Shown here: positions 62,000 through 64,000 of the stretch, piece by piece | How positions within the stretch are numbered: the stretch's first letter is position 1 | Layout: each line of letters starts with the position of its first letter | Source: Gemmatimonadota bacterium | GTDB taxonomy: Bacteria > Latescibacterota > UBA2968 > UBA8231 | Direction of reading: 5' to 3' | Assembly (NCBI GenBank): GCA_038153405.1 | Contig: JAYOYH010000001.1 | Coordinates: forward strand, 64,156-128,155 | DNA: 64,000 nucleotides | Position numbers and translations under genes: made by a program | The notes under the pieces: model-generated | What the model was told of the DNA's origin: nothing | What the model saw: only the letters and a program-made list of their open reading frames with translations | The model's database searches: none

Positions 62000-63658
62000 C
62001 TACGGCGCAGGCGGCGAATCGGAGGCGCAGCGGAATCCCAGTGAGTTGTCGCCGTTGCCGGGGACAAATGCAAAGCGCACGGTCGTCGTGAGCACCTCCT
62101 GCGGCACCCCCAGTTTCCAGCTAGCGCCGCGCACAACGCGCAGCGTGCCGTCGGCCGGGCCCGGGGGATTGCTAGACGGACTGTTGGCGTAGTAGTCTGC
62201 AGCATAGAAGTCGCCCGTCCATTCTTGGACATTGCCGCCCATATCGTGTAGGCCAAAGTAGCTGACGCCTAAGGGGTAGGATCCGACGGTCGTAGTCGAG
62301 CCAATGGCGTTGTTGTAGTTGAGCAGTTCGCGGTTGGGCGCCTCCTCTCCCCACGGAAACTTCCGTCCATCGTCTCCGCGCGCGGCGCGTTCCCACTCGG
62401 CTTCCGAGGGGAGGCGTTTGCCAGACCAGAGACAGTAGGTAGCTGCTTGCTGCCAGTTTATGCAGTTAATCGGATGATCGGCGCGATCGGCGCGCGCCGA
62501 GTTGCATCCGGCCGTAGCTCCAGCCGGTCCACAGGTGCCGGTATCGACGCAGTCTTGGTACAGGGCGGCCGTTACTTCGTATTTATCGATCCAATAGCTG
62601 CTCAGCTCGACGCGGTGTTCCGGTCCCTCGTCGGGTGTTCCAACGGATGAACCCATGACAAAAGCCCCCGATGGGATCTCGATCATTCCGCTCTGCTCGG
62701 TAAAAATGCGTTCGAGCGCGATGATGGTCACGACGTCTTGCAAAGAGGTCAGGCTGCCGTCGGAAACGGATAGGCCAAAGACGTATTCTCCAGGCAGTTC
62801 GGCGACAAAACTGGGCTTGGCCGCCGTTGTATCGGACAGTGCCACAGTGCCTCCTGGAACGCGGCCTATGCTCCAGTGGTAGCGCAGGTCAAATGCGTCG
62901 CCGTCGGGGTCGCTGCTAGCGCTGCCATCCAATATGACGAGAGAACCCTGTGCGACCTGTTGGTCTTCTCCTGCATTGGCGATGGGCGGCAAGTTGCTGG
63001 CCGCGCGCACCAGAATGAGGACTTCGTCTTCGTCGCTCAACTCGCCGTCGCTGACGCGCAGGCGGAAGCGGTATTCGCCCGCAACGATGGCGATAAAGTT
63101 GGTTTGCACAGCTGTCGAGTCGGCCAACAGCACGCTGTCCGGTGCTGCGATGACCGACCAACTATAGGTCAGCGCATCCCCGTTGGGATCGCTGCTATTG
63201 AGAGCGGATAGCGGCACGGCGGCGCCGGCACCTATCACTAGATCGGGTCCAGCGTCGGCTACCGGCGGGCGATTGCCGCTGCTGACAGCCGTGACGCGAA
63301 CGGAGTCGGGAAAGCTCGTGGTATCGCCATCGGAGACCACCAAAATAAAGGTATAGGTGCCCGCAACAGTGGGCGTAAATTGAAAGCTAACCTGGTTGTC
63401 TGGCGAAATGACAACCGGTATTCGGTCCTCATCGGCCTGGTCCCAACTGTAGGTCAGTGCGCTGCCGTCGGGATCGCTGCTTTCGACCGCGCTCAGGGTG
63501 ACGCGCGTTTGCGTGGCTACGCGCTGGTCTTGGCCGGCGTCGGCGATGGGGCGCTCGTTGGGTGCTGGAGGTGCCGGAGGCGCACTACACGCAGCGGCCC
63601 ACGCCGCAAGGCACGCGCAGAGTACGAGGCGCATCGGATGCAACAGACATTTAGTCAT
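62000..63658 (-). CDS. Lipoprotein with three PKD/Ig-like repeats and a C-terminal FGE-sulfatase (SUMF1-fold) domain
   Basis: Lipobox AAAC; three P.A.AG.D...S.DPDG..L.Y.W repeats; RLPSEAEWERAARG, GLHDMGGNVQEW and RG.SW..LGFRC; start 63658 or 63634. Confidence 0.85.
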   Translation of the reverse strand: MTKCLLHPMRLVLCACLAAWAAACSAPPAPPAPNERPIADAGQDQRVATQTRVTLSAVESSDPDGSALTYSWDQADEDRIPVVISPDNQVSFQFTPTVAGTYTFILVVSDGDTTSFPDSVRVTAVSSGNRPPVADAGPDLVIGAGAAVPLSALNSSDPNGDALTYSWSVIAAPDSVLLADSTAVQTNFIAIVAGEYRFRLRVSDGELSDEDEVLILVRAASNLPPIANAGEDQQVAQGSLVILDGSASSDPDGDAFDLRYHWSIGRVPGGTVALSDTTAAKPSFVAELPGEYVFGLSVSDGSLTSLQDVVTIIALERIFTEQSGMIEIPSGAFVMGSSVGTPDEGPEHRVELSSYWIDKYEVTAALYQDCVDTGTCGPAGATAGCNSARADRADHPINCINWQQAATYCLWSGKRLPSEAEWERAARGDDGRKFPWGEEAPNRELLNYNNAIGSTTTVGSYPLGVSYFGLHDMGGNVQEWTGDFYAADYYANSPSSNPPGPADGTLRVVRGASWKLGVPQEVLTTTVRFAFVPGNGDNSLGFRCASDSPPAP

Positions 63659-64000
63659 GAGCGCATATTCGCGTGTTGTGCTCGGGAGGTTGGCAATGCG
63701 GGGATGGGGTGCCCCAATAATAAAAGCATGCCTGTCTACTGTCAATCTGATGCGCAGTTAGCATGACAAAAGAGAGGGTGAGAAGTATATTGGTCCGGGA
63801 GGTCTAACGGTTGTGACTCGTTCGCTACGCATTGCTGAAACGCTGGAAGCCAATCTCGGTCTATTCGATGGAGATGTGCGCCACGAGCAGGTCAATCGGG
63901 CTATTGCCGGTGGCCATAGAACGATTCTGTTGGGAGAGCAGACGCGCCTTCCCTACTTCCCGGACGACGATCGCCTGCACAAGCTCCATGCGGGTGATCC

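Noticed and set aside
63763..64000. Partial CDS at the right edge
   Set aside because: Both a plus-strand frame (TRSLRIAETLE...) and a minus-strand frame ending ...LLVAHISIE* are open; strand and product cannot be decided from this window.

Overview
A GC-rich (roughly 60%) bacterial chromosomal segment with about 50 mostly metabolic and housekeeping genes. Recognisable genes are glcD/glcF, serC, ssb, a 1-Cys peroxiredoxin, metH, thrS, proS, glcB and nadC; there are also three sulfatase-fold proteins, several Gfo/Idh/MocA oxidoreductases, a pair of ABC exporters, a DUF342/FapA protein, a DUF3604 protein and a GT3-like glycosyltransferase. I saw no rRNA, tRNA, CRISPR array, integrase or transposase. 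The gene content and C-terminal 'TWxxxK' tails suggest a Latescibacterota/Poribacteria-like organism (inference only). The strongest signals that the ORF track does not show are: (1) two different globin genes, each behind a near-consensus sigma28/FliA promoter; one is a soluble globin-coupled chemoreceptor and the other has an unfamiliar domain + acidic linker + globin layout, which suggests an O2/NO-sensing motility regulon; (2) a complete Thr-rich leader-peptide attenuator in front of thrS; (3) two unannotated microproteins (45-aa hydrophobic, 59-aa Fis-like HTH) between a strong sigma70 promoter and ssb; (4) a secreted DNase I-fold protein missing its catalytic residues, which shares a candidate C-terminal sorting motif with a second secreted protein; (5) a 20-bp SahR-like palindrome before metH and a structured leader before the ABC pair. 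All calls come from reading the sequence by eye; no searches were run.
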